Shown: one piece after another, positions 15,233-24,415 of the stretch
Layout: each line of letters begins with the position of its first letter
Position numbering within the stretch: the first letter of the stretch is position 1
Source of the DNA: Escherichia phage ZX4221
Direction: 5' to 3' (one strand)
Sequence record: OR498728.1
DNA length: 64,000 nucleotides
Translations under genes and position numbers: made by a program
Notes under the pieces: model-generated
Database searches by the model: none
Told to the model about the DNA's origin: nothing
Seen by the model: only the letters and a program-made list of their open reading frames with translations

Positions 15233-15786
15233 GATATCTGAAGTATGCTTCATGGATTTTCCTAGCTTTGTTAGACCCATTGGCAGCAACCTTAGCAGTT
15301 ATCTTAGCACCCTTTGTAGTCCCATTCTACAGTGAGAAGAAAGGCCATCTACCTTTTGGATTCAGATGGATGGAGACATATGACAACCCGATTGATGGCG
15401 ATGAAGGTCATATGAAACGATGGGCTAAGATTAGAAAGATTGGTAAGCTCGGTGTCTATATGCAGAGAGTTGGCTGGCTCTGGAGAAACAAAGCTTATAA
15501 CTTCTCTTACCATGTGTTAGGAAGAGATGTAAAAGATGTTACTAAGTGGAAAGGTAATATCAACGTGAGTTCTGACCCTGAAGATAATCAGACAGGTTAT
15601 CTCCTAATGTGGAACAGTAATGCTTGGGGATTATTTGCTTTTATCCCATCAATTAAAATCTTTGGTAAACAATTCTACTGGAGAATTTATGTTGGATGGA
15701 AACTTAAAAGTGTTGTCCCAGAAGAAAGAGCATTCTCAAGGGAAAGAGTTATGTTGGCATTCTTTATTCATCCACTGAGAAAGTAA
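15229..15786 (+). CDS. hypothetical protein with hydrophobic N-terminus inside tRNA array (185 aa)
   Basis: ORF-track ORF; translationally coupled to 14990..15232; N-terminal WIFLALLDPLAATLAVILAPFVVPF looks membrane-associated. Confidence 0.5.
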   Translation: MRYLKYASWIFLALLDPLAATLAVILAPFVVPFYSEKKGHLPFGFRWMETYDNPIDGDEGHMKRWAKIRKIGKLGVYMQRVGWLWRNKAYNFSYHVLGRDVKDVTKWKGNINVSSDPEDNQTGYLLMWNSNAWGLFAFIPSIKIFGKQFYWRIYVGWKLKSVVPEERAFSRERVMLAFFIHPLRK

Positions 15787-15794
15787 AGATTTAA

Positions 15795-15870
15795 AGGGGA
15801 TTAGTTTACAAGGTTAAAACCTCGGTCTTTGAAATCGAAGAAGTTGGTTCAATTCCAACATCCCCCGCCA
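15795..15870 (+). tRNA. tRNA-Gln (anticodon TTG)
   Basis: Anticodon stem TCGGT/ATCGA, loop CTTTGAA, T-arm GTTGG-TTCAATT-CCAAC, A1-C72 mismatch at top of acceptor, discriminator G, CCA encoded. Confidence 0.65.
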
Positions 15871-15872
15871 AT

Positions 15873-15951
15873 GCTCCATTACTCCAATTGGCAGAGAGGC
15901 CAGACTTAAAATCTGTGTTATGTATCGGTTCGAATCCGATATGGAGTACCA
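15873..15951 (+). tRNA. tRNA-Leu-type anticodon TAA, class I (short variable arm) architecture
   Basis: 79 nt; acceptor GCTCCAT/ATGGAGT, anticodon stem CAGA/TCTG, loop CTTAAAA, ~7 nt variable loop, T-arm ATCGG-TTCGAAT-CCGAT perfect, discriminator A, CCA encoded. Confidence 0.55.
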
Positions 15952-15956
15952 AATTT

Positions 15957-16032
15957 AGCGGTATAGCATAACTGGCAATGCAGCAGTCTCTGAAGCTGTC
16001 TTATTAAGGTTCAAATCCTTATGCCGCTGCCA
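15957..16032 (+). tRNA. tRNA-Gln (anticodon CTG)
   Basis: Acceptor AGCGGTA/TGCCGCT, D-stem GCAT/ATGC, anticodon loop CTCTGAA, T-arm TAAGG-TTCAAAT-CCTTA, discriminator G, CCA encoded. Confidence 0.65.
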
Positions 16033-16063
16033 CTTCTAAGGGTTCTTACGAGAGTCCTTAAAT

Positions 16064-16139
16064 GTGGCCTTATCATAAATGGTAATGACCCATGCTGTGA
16101 ACATGGTCTATACGGGTTCAAATCCCGTAGGTCACCCCA
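16064..16139 (+). tRNA. tRNA-His (anticodon GTG)
   Basis: Anticodon stem CCATG/CATGG perfect, loop CTGTGAA, D-stem TCAT/ATGA, T-arm ACGGG-TTCAAAT-CCCGT, discriminator C; no encoded G-1 (preceding base is T). Confidence 0.7.
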
Positions 16140-16145
16140 ATTTAT

Positions 16146-16221
16146 AGTCCAAGTAGCTTATATGGTTAAAGCGCGTGTCTGAAAAACATGAGAAGAGGGT
16201 TCAAATCCCACTGGACTACCA
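16146..16221 (+). tRNA. tRNA-Phe (anticodon GAA), irregular acceptor/linker geometry
   Basis: Anticodon stem CGTGT/ACATG, loop CTGAAAA, D-stem GCTT/AAGC, T-loop TTCAAAT; acceptor pairs only as 6 bp or with a 4 nt linker to the D-stem; boundaries uncertain. Confidence 0.55.
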
Positions 16222-16237
16222 ATTTCAAAGGTGCTTA

Positions 16238-16972
16238 ATGAAAGAGATGACAGAACAAGGTAAGGAGATTTTTAATCTCTTAAAAACCGGTAGAGGGTTT
16301 TCTAATCCCCTTATTACTGGTGCAGCAGTTCTCGGTGGAACCGTAGCTGCCTCTACATCACTTGTAAGCTCTATTAGCTCTGTAACAGACCCTACAATAA
16401 AGGATAAGCTTATTGCTGCTGGACTTACAACAGTTCTGCTTAACAGCTTTACAACGAGTCTGACAAGCACTACATCAACCACTAAGACACTGACAGATTA
16501 TGGTCAAAAGTCCATTGATGAGTTTTCATCACGTATGCAGGTAGCAAAAGGATATTCCAATGTTATGGGTGCAGCAGGAGAACAAGTCGGTTGTACACCA
16601 TTTAGTGGTATTATGGGTGTTGCTACAGAATATGGTCAAAAAGCTATTGACACAATTAACAGTGCACTAGATGGTGTTAATGATGTGTTAAGTGACTTAC
16701 AAGATGCTATTGATGAAGGTCTTGATACTATTTCTGATTTAGCTAACCAAGCTGTTAGCAAGATTAATGAAGGTATCTCGAAGATTACAGCTTATGCAGA
16801 TGAAGTTGTGCAGATGATTGAAGAAGAAGCTGCCCTTATTGCAGAGTACCTTAAAACGAATATCAATGGGTTCTTAGCAGGTATCTTACCAGACTGGTTT
16901 GATGATGCTTGTAAAACTGGTGTAATTGATACTATTGCAACACCAGAAATGAAGAACGCATTACAGAAATAA
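16238..16972 (+). CDS. hypothetical Ser/Thr-rich protein (244 aa)
   Basis: ORF-track ORF trimmed to first ATG with RBS (AAAGG) that does not overlap tRNA-Phe. Confidence 0.5.
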   Translation: MKEMTEQGKEIFNLLKTGRGFSNPLITGAAVLGGTVAASTSLVSSISSVTDPTIKDKLIAAGLTTVLLNSFTTSLTSTTSTTKTLTDYGQKSIDEFSSRMQVAKGYSNVMGAAGEQVGCTPFSGIMGVATEYGQKAIDTINSALDGVNDVLSDLQDAIDEGLDTISDLANQAVSKINEGISKITAYADEVVQMIEEEAALIAEYLKTNINGFLAGILPDWFDDACKTGVIDTIATPEMKNALQK

Positions 16973-16973
16973 T

Positions 16974-17066
16974 GGAAGATTAACCCTAAAAGGTAAGGGA
17001 GCAGTTTGCTAAACTGCCAGTAGCTGAGAAATCGGTGTACCAGTTCAAGTCTGGTATCTTCCTCCA
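16974..17066 (+). tRNA. tRNA-Ser (anticodon GCT), long variable arm
   Basis: 93 nt; acceptor GGAAGAT/ATCTTCC perfect, anticodon stem GCAGT/ACTGC perfect, loop TTGCTAA, T-arm ACCAG-TTCAAGT-CTGGT, CCA encoded. Confidence 0.75.
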
Positions 17067-17070
17067 ATTT

Positions 17071-17146
17071 GAATCCGTGACAGAAATGGCTATGTGCCTG
17101 TCTGCAAAACAGGTTTATAAGGGTTCGAGTCCCTTCGGATTCTCCA
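17071..17146 (+). tRNA. tRNA-Cys (anticodon GCA)
   Basis: Acceptor GAATCCG/CGGATTC perfect, anticodon stem CCTGT/ACAGG perfect, loop CTGCAAA, T-arm AAGGG-TTCGAGT-CCCTT, CCA encoded. Confidence 0.75.
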
Positions 17147-17183
17147 AGTTATTTTACTCTCTCTCAATTAAAATAATAATAAT

Positions 17184-17243
17184 GCCCTGCTATAAGTATT
17201 CTTCCTTTCGCTACCGAAGAGTATTTTTAGACAGGGCTTTTTT
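17184..17243 (+). terminator. Possible terminator after tRNA array (long-loop hairpin plus T-run)
   Basis: GCCCTG ... CAGGGC stem with ~42 nt loop containing an inner hairpin, followed by TTTTTT. Confidence 0.45.
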
Positions 17244-17308
17244 ACAGAGTTATACTTTATAAGAAGACTTATACAGTATGTCTCTGACGTACATTGTGGT
17301 TTCTCCTT

Positions 17309-17332
17309 GACGGTCTCTGTACCGTCTTTTTT
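17309..17332 (+). terminator. Rho-independent terminator
   Basis: GACGGT-CTCTGT-ACCGTC hairpin followed by TTTTTT. Confidence 0.7.
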
Positions 17333-17368
17333 AAGGAGAAACATGGTTAATTATTTGGAGAAAACATA

Positions 17369-17569
17369 ATGAGCGAGACCGTTTATAAAGAACTTTATGA
17401 AGCTAATAAGAAGCTAGAATTTATGCAGAACACTATCATGGCAATTGCAGACAGATTGTCTGTAGCAACAGGTATTGATATCAAAGAAGCCTCTATGGAT
17501 GCACTTCTTGATGCTGTTGATGCAAAGTTCGAAGTTAAGAAAGAAGAGACTGCTACAGACTCTGAATAA
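17369..17569 (+). CDS. hypothetical small protein upstream of large terminase (66 aa)
   Basis: ORF-track ORF with GGAGAAA RBS; too small to call small terminase with confidence. Confidence 0.45.
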   Translation: MSETVYKELYEANKKLEFMQNTIMAIADRLSVATGIDIKEASMDALLDAVDAKFEVKKEETATDSE

Positions 17570-17590
17570 TTCTATTTGCGGAGGTGCTTA

Positions 17591-19192
17591 ATGGACTTAA
17601 ATGCTGTTAAGCAGAAGCGAGTGGAAGATGTTAGGAAAGTCCTAGCTGGAGAGTTGGGGCTTTCTGATGAAGTAAAAGAAATTATCAAATCATTCGGTAA
17701 AGACCCCTCTAAATTCCTTCCAACTCAAATTCTGACTTTATTAAGATACACACCAGACCAAGTTAGACTTATCTTCAAATTGATGACTGATAAGAACTAT
17801 GTAGCCCCTCAGCCGGGTTCTCAAGAGGTCTTTTTAAATACTAATGCTGACTTGGTTCTCTATGGTGGTGCTGCTGGTGCTGGTAAAACTGCTGCATTGT
17901 TAATGGACTCTTTAAGGTTTATTGAAGACCCTAACTATAATGCTGTATATTTCCGTCGAAATACAACACAGTTACAAGGTGGTTTGTGGCCTGCTGCAAA
18001 GAAACTATTTGGTAAGTTTGGTGGGGTTCCTCACGAGCAGAAGATGACTATCACATTCCCTTCTGGGGCAACTATTAAGTTCACCTATCTAGAACTTGAA
18101 AAGCACGCTGAAGGTCATCAGGGTATTGAATACTCAGCTATCTACTTTGACGAAGGTACACACTTCTCTGCTTCACAGATTTCATACCTACAGACCCGTC
18201 TACGTTCTGGTGCTGAAGGTGATTCATACATGAAGATTTCTATGAACCCAGATAGAGACCACTTCATTTATGATTGGGTAGAGCCATTCTTAGATGAAGA
18301 AGGTTACCCAGACCCTGAGAAGTGCGGTCGTATTCGTTGGTATGTTATGAATGATGGTGTGATGGTTTCTGATTGGGAAAGAGACAAGATTCTTGAAATG
18401 TTCCCTCTTGAGATTCCCCAGACATACACCTTCATCTCTGGTACGATTGATGATAACCCAATTCTTGACTTCTTAGAACCTAAATATCGTGGTAAGTTGG
18501 AAAACAACACACCTGTAAACGTTGCAAGACTTCGTTTCGGTAACTGGAAGGCTCGTGCAGAAGGTTCAAACTATTGGCAAAGACAATGGTGTGAGATTGT
18601 TGATTCACTCCCAGAAGATGTGTTTGATGTCAGAGCATGGGACTTAGCAGCGACTTTACCATCTGAAATTAACCCTAATCCAGACTGGACAGCGGGTGTT
18701 AAGATGGGTAAATCTAAAAAAGACGGTTGCTATTATATCATTGATGTAGTAAGATTTAGAGATAGACCCTCTGGAGTCGAAACACAAATTAATTTGACTG
18801 CTGAAAGTGACGGTAAGCGAACTGGTATTTTTATCCCTCAAGACCCAGGCGCTGCTGGTAAATCCTATGCAACATCCCTCATCAGGAAACTTGCCGAGAA
18901 AGGTTATCGCGCAAGAGCTAAACCAACAAATAAAGATAAAGTTACCCGCTTTGCGGGATTTTCTGCTGCTTCTGAAGCTGGACTTGTAAAAGTCTTGAGA
19001 GGTAGTTGGAACGAAGCTTACTTTCAAGAACTTGAAGGTTTTTGTGGTGATGGTAAAACTAAAGATGACCAAGTGGATGCTACCAGCGATGCTTTCAACA
19101 GTCTTAACGAAGTTAAATTATTCAAGCCACCATCAATGGGTGCTCACACAGACTTAGTGAGAGGAAACCCATACGAGGGGCTTAGACGTTGA
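17591..19192 (+). CDS. terminase large subunit
   Basis: Walker A-like LVLYGGAAGAGKT near N-terminus; size and position ahead of portal; start set to ATG after GGAGGT RBS. Confidence 0.85.
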   Translation: MDLNAVKQKRVEDVRKVLAGELGLSDEVKEIIKSFGKDPSKFLPTQILTLLRYTPDQVRLIFKLMTDKNYVAPQPGSQEVFLNTNADLVLYGGAAGAGKTAALLMDSLRFIEDPNYNAVYFRRNTTQLQGGLWPAAKKLFGKFGGVPHEQKMTITFPSGATIKFTYLELEKHAEGHQGIEYSAIYFDEGTHFSASQISYLQTRLRSGAEGDSYMKISMNPDRDHFIYDWVEPFLDEEGYPDPEKCGRIRWYVMNDGVMVSDWERDKILEMFPLEIPQTYTFISGTIDDNPILDFLEPKYRGKLENNTPVNVARLRFGNWKARAEGSNYWQRQWCEIVDSLPEDVFDVRAWDLAATLPSEINPNPDWTAGVKMGKSKKDGCYYIIDVVRFRDRPSGVETQINLTAESDGKRTGIFIPQDPGAAGKSYATSLIRKLAEKGYRARAKPTNKDKVTRFAGFSAASEAGLVKVLRGSWNEAYFQELEGFCGDGKTKDDQVDATSDAFNSLNEVKLFKPPSMGAHTDLVRGNPYEGLRR

Positions 19193-19208
19193 TAGCTAGG
19201 TGAGAAGA

Positions 19209-20675
19209 ATGGCAGATATTACAGAAACACAAGAAAGCTTACCACCATTTAGAATGGGTGAAGTAGGTTCTTTGGGTCTGAAGGTTAAGAATGGTAGAAT
19301 CTATGAAGAACCTCGTCAGGCACTAAGGTTCCCTGAAAGTATTAAAACTTTCCAATTAATGATGCGTGACCCTGCTGTAGCAGCATCTGTAAATATTATT
19401 AAGATGTTTGTCAGAAAAGTCAACTGGAGATTCGTACCTCCAAAGGGAAAAGAGCAAGACCCTAAAATGCTTGAAAGAGCAGACTTCTTTAATTCTTTAA
19501 TGGATGACATGGAGCATGATTGGGCAGATTTTATTAACTCTGTAATGTCATTCTGCACTTATGGGTTCTGTGTTAACGAAAAGGTTTATAAGAAACGTCA
19601 GGGTAAAAAAGGAAAGTATCAGTCGAAATTTGATGATGGTCTAATTGGGTGGGCTAAATTACCAATCAGAAACCAGTCAACACTTGATAAGTGGTATTTT
19701 GACGAAGACTTTAGAAAAGTTACTGGTGTTAGACAAAATCTAAGAAATGTTTCACATATTGCTGGAGCAATTAATCTTGGAGAAAGACCACTAACAAGAA
19801 AACTTCCACGAGCTAAATTCATGCTGTTTAAGTATGATGATGAGTATGGTAACCCAGAAGGTCGTTCACCATTACTTAATGCTTATGTACCGTGGAAGTA
19901 TAAAGTACAGATTGAAGAGTATGAAGCTGTTGGTGTTTCAAGAGACTTGGTAGGTATGCCAAAGATTGGTTTACCACCAGATTATCTGGATGAAAATGCA
20001 GAACCTGAAAAGAAAGCTTTCGTACAATACTGCAAAACTGTTGTTAATGATATGATTGCTAACGACAGAGCAGGTTTAATCTGGCCTAGATATATTGACC
20101 CAGATACTAAAGAGGATATTTTTGAGTTCTCATTAGTTTCTAGACAGGGTGCTAAAGCATATGACACAGGTTCTATCATTGACAGATATTCTAAGCAGAT
20201 TATGATGGCATTTATGTCAGATGTTCTTGCTATGGGTCAGTCAAAATACGGTTCATTCTCTCTTGCAGATTCTAAGACAAGCTTATTAGCAATGTCAGTA
20301 GATATTCTGCTGAAGCAAATTAAGAACGTAATTAACCGTGACTTAGTTGCACAGACTTATGCTCTTAATATGTGGGATGACGAAGAACATGTACAAATCA
20401 CATATGATGATATCGAAACTCCAGACCTTGAAGCAATTGGTTCTTATATTCAGAAGACTGTTGCAGTAGGTGCTTTGGAAGTTGACAAAGAGCTATCTAA
20501 CAAACTTAGAGAGCATATTGGTCTTCCTCCTGCTGATGAGTCTCAGCCAGTATCTGAAAAGCTTTCTCCAAATAGCCAAAGCCGTTCAGGAGATGGTTAT
20601 AAGACCGCTGGAGAAGGTACTGCAAAGACACCTTCAGCGAAAGACCCAAGCACAGCAAATAAGGCAAATAAATAA
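19209..20675 (+). CDS. portal protein (putative)
   Basis: ~490 aa ORF immediately after large terminase; acidic C-terminus; assignment by position and size. Confidence 0.6.
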   Translation: MADITETQESLPPFRMGEVGSLGLKVKNGRIYEEPRQALRFPESIKTFQLMMRDPAVAASVNIIKMFVRKVNWRFVPPKGKEQDPKMLERADFFNSLMDDMEHDWADFINSVMSFCTYGFCVNEKVYKKRQGKKGKYQSKFDDGLIGWAKLPIRNQSTLDKWYFDEDFRKVTGVRQNLRNVSHIAGAINLGERPLTRKLPRAKFMLFKYDDEYGNPEGRSPLLNAYVPWKYKVQIEEYEAVGVSRDLVGMPKIGLPPDYLDENAEPEKKAFVQYCKTVVNDMIANDRAGLIWPRYIDPDTKEDIFEFSLVSRQGAKAYDTGSIIDRYSKQIMMAFMSDVLAMGQSKYGSFSLADSKTSLLAMSVDILLKQIKNVINRDLVAQTYALNMWDDEEHVQITYDDIETPDLEAIGSYIQKTVAVGALEVDKELSNKLREHIGLPPADESQPVSEKLSPNSQSRSGDGYKTAGEGTAKTPSAKDPSTANKANK

Positions 20676-21175
20676 TGGCTGAAGTTATCTCTATTTCAAA
20701 TGCTACACGAGTGCATTCGTATAGAGGTGTCCTTATCATTACTGATAAGCTATCTGTAGAGGCTGGCTCAAGGGTCAGCCTTTCAGGTTATGTTAGTGAT
20801 GGTGGAATCTCTGACGTTTTCACTATTTGTAGGTTACTTGATGCACCAATGAGTGGAAAACCGTTTATTTCAGGAAATTGTAGTGAAATTGTTAAAATTC
20901 CATTTGACAGTTCATGCCTTTTGGGTGTAAAGTTATATAACTGCGAGAATAAACGTATCAATGTTAATAGCATTGAAGCCGCTTTCATTACCCTCGACAC
21001 TGCATTTCAATCTCCAATGACAGTTAATAAAGAAACAAACAGACTTGAATACATTTTTTCACAAAATGATTACAAAGTACTTGTCAAAGGTAAAGTATAT
21101 GATATGATTGTAAATGTGGTAGATGAATCTGGTAACCATTCAACAGTCCTTAAACAAAAAGTAAGGTTTAATTAA
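20675..21175 (+). CDS. hypothetical head-module protein (166 aa)
   Basis: ORF-track ORF, start overlaps portal stop. Confidence 0.5.
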   Translation: MAEVISISNATRVHSYRGVLIITDKLSVEAGSRVSLSGYVSDGGISDVFTICRLLDAPMSGKPFISGNCSEIVKIPFDSSCLLGVKLYNCENKRINVNSIEAAFITLDTAFQSPMTVNKETNRLEYIFSQNDYKVLVKGKVYDMIVNVVDESGNHSTVLKQKVRFN

Positions 21176-21507
21176 TGGGAACATTAACTATTGATGGTAA
21201 GAATAAAATCCTCGCCACGCTAACCCCAACGACTATTATTTTACACAATGTAGACCCAACGGCAGACCCTACAGCAAATAAGGTTACTCAGCCAGTGGCT
21301 ATTTATTTTTCTGAACCGGATAATGGCTTAATTGCCTCAGAAGACACAGTTAATATTACTGTTCCAGCTTCTGCAACGGTCTCACACTATAGCTTGTGGG
21401 ATGCTAACGATAAATGCGTGGCAACTGGTGCTCTTAGCAAACCTCAATTCTTTGCTGAAGAAGGTATCTATGTTATCTCTTCAGTCTCTGTAGATTTAAA
21501 CAAATAG
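21175..21507 (+). CDS. hypothetical head-module protein (110 aa)
   Basis: ORF-track ORF, ATGA overlap with upstream gene. Confidence 0.5.
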   Translation: MGTLTIDGKNKILATLTPTTIILHNVDPTADPTANKVTQPVAIYFSEPDNGLIASEDTVNITVPASATVSHYSLWDANDKCVATGALSKPQFFAEEGIYVISSVSVDLNK

Positions 21508-21518
21508 GGTGAGTAAAA

Positions 21519-22865
21519 ATGAGTTCGAATATCTTCAGACTTGCTGATAGATTATTCAACCAACCTTTACTAGCCACTGAATCATTAGCTCACTCAGCAG
21601 CAACTTATGTGAATAACAGATTGCTGGGTGATGTCCAAGCAGCAGTAAACTTTGATAAACCCAAAGGTGATGCAAGAAGTCTTTTAAAAGTAAAAGATGA
21701 CATTGCTATTATCCCTATTATGGGTGGCTTAACTCACCGTATGACATTCATTGATGCAATGTGTACAGGTGGTCTAAGCTCTTATGAAGGTTTACGTAGA
21801 GGCTTTGATGAAGCTTTAGCAGACGAGTCAATCAAGACTATTGTTCTGCATATTGATTCTGGTGGTGGTGAAGCTTCAGGTTGCTTTGAATTAGCACGTC
21901 ACATTATGGCTTCAAGAGGCCAAAAGAAAATTATTGCTTATGTAGATGAGTTCGCTTGTTCCGCTGCATATGCTCTTGCATCTTCTGCTGAAGAAATTAT
22001 TGCGTCACCAGATGCAGATGTTGGTTCTATTGGTGTAATCATGGTTCATCAGGAATTAACTAAGGCATTTGAAAAGAATGGCGTAACAATTAACGTCATC
22101 AAAGCTGGTGAGTTTAAAGGTATGGGTTCACCATTCCAAGCACTTTCAGAAGAAAGCAAAGAAAGACTTCAAAAGAGAATTAATGATACCTACGCAACCT
22201 TTACAGGTTTTGTAGCTGAATCTCGTAATCTCTCTGAAGAAGCTGTAAAGAATACTGAGGCGAATGTTTATTCTGCTCAGGAAGCTCTTGAACTTGGTTT
22301 AATTAACTCAATCATGTCTCAAGATGATTTCTTAAATTACTTACAAGGTTCTGAAGAGGCTCCTGTAAGTTTAAACGTTAACAATTCAGGTGAAGAAATG
22401 ACTGAACAAGAAAAGCAAGAACTAGAAGCTTTGCGTCTTCAGGTTGCTCAAATGAAAGCTAAAGAACAGGAAGCTGCTTTGTCAGATTTGACTAATAAGA
22501 TTTCTGCTTCTGCTGAAGCTTTTGGGTTTGATGCAAAAGAAGCTGCAACGACTATTTTAGGTGCTGGTCTTGATAACCCTCTGAGTGTTCTGTTTATGAA
22601 TGCTATGGAAGGTGCTAACCAGAAACTTAATGAAACTATCGCGTCCCATGCTTCTGCAATGGAAGAAAAAGAATCAGAAATTACCAAGCTGAAAGAAACT
22701 GCTGGTGCTGTTCTTGAACACTCCAACGCTATGGAAGAAGTGGGTAATGACGGCGAAGCTGATTTGGTTGAAGAAGAAAAAGAACCAGCTAAGAATGCTT
22801 CCGAAGACACCGCTGAACAACGCAAACTGGCTCTCCAGAATGCTCTAAAATCTCTTATCAAATAA
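21519..22865 (+). CDS. prohead protease (S49/ClpP-like) fused to scaffold-like acidic coiled-coil C-terminus
   Basis: IAIIPIMGG ... HIDSGGGEASG ... SAAYALASSAEEIIASPDADVGSIGV resembles S49-family serine peptidases; C-terminal half is E/K/A-rich. Confidence 0.65.
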   Translation: MSSNIFRLADRLFNQPLLATESLAHSAATYVNNRLLGDVQAAVNFDKPKGDARSLLKVKDDIAIIPIMGGLTHRMTFIDAMCTGGLSSYEGLRRGFDEALADESIKTIVLHIDSGGGEASGCFELARHIMASRGQKKIIAYVDEFACSAAYALASSAEEIIASPDADVGSIGVIMVHQELTKAFEKNGVTINVIKAGEFKGMGSPFQALSEESKERLQKRINDTYATFTGFVAESRNLSEEAVKNTEANVYSAQEALELGLINSIMSQDDFLNYLQGSEEAPVSLNVNNSGEEMTEQEKQELEALRLQVAQMKAKEQEAALSDLTNKISASAEAFGFDAKEAATTILGAGLDNPLSVLFMNAMEGANQKLNETIASHASAMEEKESEITKLKETAGAVLEHSNAMEEVGNDGEADLVEEEKEPAKNASEDTAEQRKLALQNALKSLIK

Positions 22866-22876
22866 GGAACACAATA

Positions 22877-23254
22877 ATGGCATATCAAGGTTTTACTAAG
22901 TTAGGTAAAAGAGAACCTCTGAATGATATCATTCTTTGGGAACAGGTTACCCCAACAGGCCACTCTCGTAAAGAGTACACTCCACAGGCATCTACAGAAT
23001 ATCGTGTAGGCGAAGTTCTGAAAGCAGATGGTACTAAAGTTACAGCAGGACAAGAAGCTCAGGCTGATTCGGTATGTATCGTTAACTTTTATGCAGACCT
23101 GCAACTGTCTTACCACGGTCAGTTGAAAGTTGTTGGCATTTACCGCGACGCAGAACTAAAAGACCTGCTTACTCTTGAGTCAGGTGTTGATGCTGCCGCA
23201 GTCAAGACAGCTCTGGCTGCTAAAGGTATTGATTTCGTACCAACTGGCCTGTAA
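22877..23254 (+). CDS. hypothetical protein, possible head decoration protein (125 aa)
   Basis: Position between protease-scaffold and major capsid gene. Confidence 0.4.
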   Translation: MAYQGFTKLGKREPLNDIILWEQVTPTGHSRKEYTPQASTEYRVGEVLKADGTKVTAGQEAQADSVCIVNFYADLQLSYHGQLKVVGIYRDAELKDLLTLESGVDAAAVKTALAAKGIDFVPTGL

Positions 23255-23287
23255 TAACAATAATAAGACATTCTGGAGAATTTTACA

Positions 23288-24394
23288 ATGTTGACTAATT
23301 CTGAAAAAAGCAGATTTTTCCTTGCTGACCTGACTGGTGAAGTCCAGTCTATCCCAAATACTTACGGGTATATTTCCAACTTAGGTCTGTTCCGTTCAGC
23401 ACCAATCACCCAAACTACTTTCCTTATGGACTTGACTGATTGGGATGTTAGCTTGCTTGATGCGGTAGACCGTGATAGCCGTAAAGCAGAGACTAGCGCA
23501 CCTGAGCGTGTTCGTCAAATCAGCTTCCCAATGATGTACTTCAAAGAAGTTGAAAGCATCACTCCTGACGAGATTCAGGGTGTACGTCAGCCAGGCACTG
23601 CAAACGAACTGACTACTGAAGCTGTAGTACGTGCTAAGAAGCTGATGAAGATTCGTACCAAGTTCGATATTACTCGTGAGTTCCTGTTTATGCAAGCTCT
23701 GAAGGGTAAAGTTGTTGATGCTCGTGGTACTCTGTACGCTGACCTGTACAAGCAGTTCGACGTTGAGAAGAAGACTATCTACTTCGACCTTGACAACCCT
23801 AATGCTGACATCGACGCTGCTATTGAAGAACTGCGTATGCACATGGAAGACGAAGCTAAGACTGGCACTGTAATCAACGGTGAAGAAATTCACGTAGTTG
23901 TTGACCGCTTATTCTTCAGCAAACTGGTTAAGCATCCTAAGATTCGTGACGCTTATCTTGCACAGCAGACTCCGCTGGCTTGGCAACAGATTACTGGTTC
24001 TCTGAGAACTGGTGGTACTGACGGAGTTCAGGCTCACATGAACACTTTCTACTACGGTGGTGTTAAGTTTGTCCAGTACAACGGTAAGTTCAAAGACAAG
24101 CGTGGTAAGGTTCACACTCTGGTGAGCATTGACAGCGTAGCGGCAACTGTTGGTGTAGGTCATGCTTTCCCTAACGTTTCTATGCTGGGTGAAGCAAACA
24201 ACATCTTCGAAGTGGCATATGGTCCATGTCCTAAGATGGGTTATGCAAATACACTTGGTCAGGAACTGTACGTATTCGAATACGAAAAAGACCGTGACGA
24301 AGGTATTGACTTTGAAGCTCACTCTTACATGCTGCCATACTGCACACGTCCTCAGTTGCTGGTAGACGTTCGTTCTGACGCTAAACCAGACTAA
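23288..24394 (+). CDS. major capsid protein (putative)
   Basis: 368 aa ORF after protease-scaffold with strong AGGAG-type RBS; assignment by position and size. Confidence 0.6.
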   Translation: MLTNSEKSRFFLADLTGEVQSIPNTYGYISNLGLFRSAPITQTTFLMDLTDWDVSLLDAVDRDSRKAETSAPERVRQISFPMMYFKEVESITPDEIQGVRQPGTANELTTEAVVRAKKLMKIRTKFDITREFLFMQALKGKVVDARGTLYADLYKQFDVEKKTIYFDLDNPNADIDAAIEELRMHMEDEAKTGTVINGEEIHVVVDRLFFSKLVKHPKIRDAYLAQQTPLAWQQITGSLRTGGTDGVQAHMNTFYYGGVKFVQYNGKFKDKRGKVHTLVSIDSVAATVGVGHAFPNVSMLGEANNIFEVAYGPCPKMGYANTLGQELYVFEYEKDRDEGIDFEAHSYMLPYCTRPQLLVDVRSDAKPD

Positions 24395-24415
24395 TATTCT
24401 TAAGGAGGGTTATGA

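Noticed and set aside
11880-17150. Minus-strand tRNAs in the array
   Set aside because: No reverse-complement T-loop (GGAATCGAACC-type) with matching acceptor pairing was seen; all tRNAs read on the plus strand
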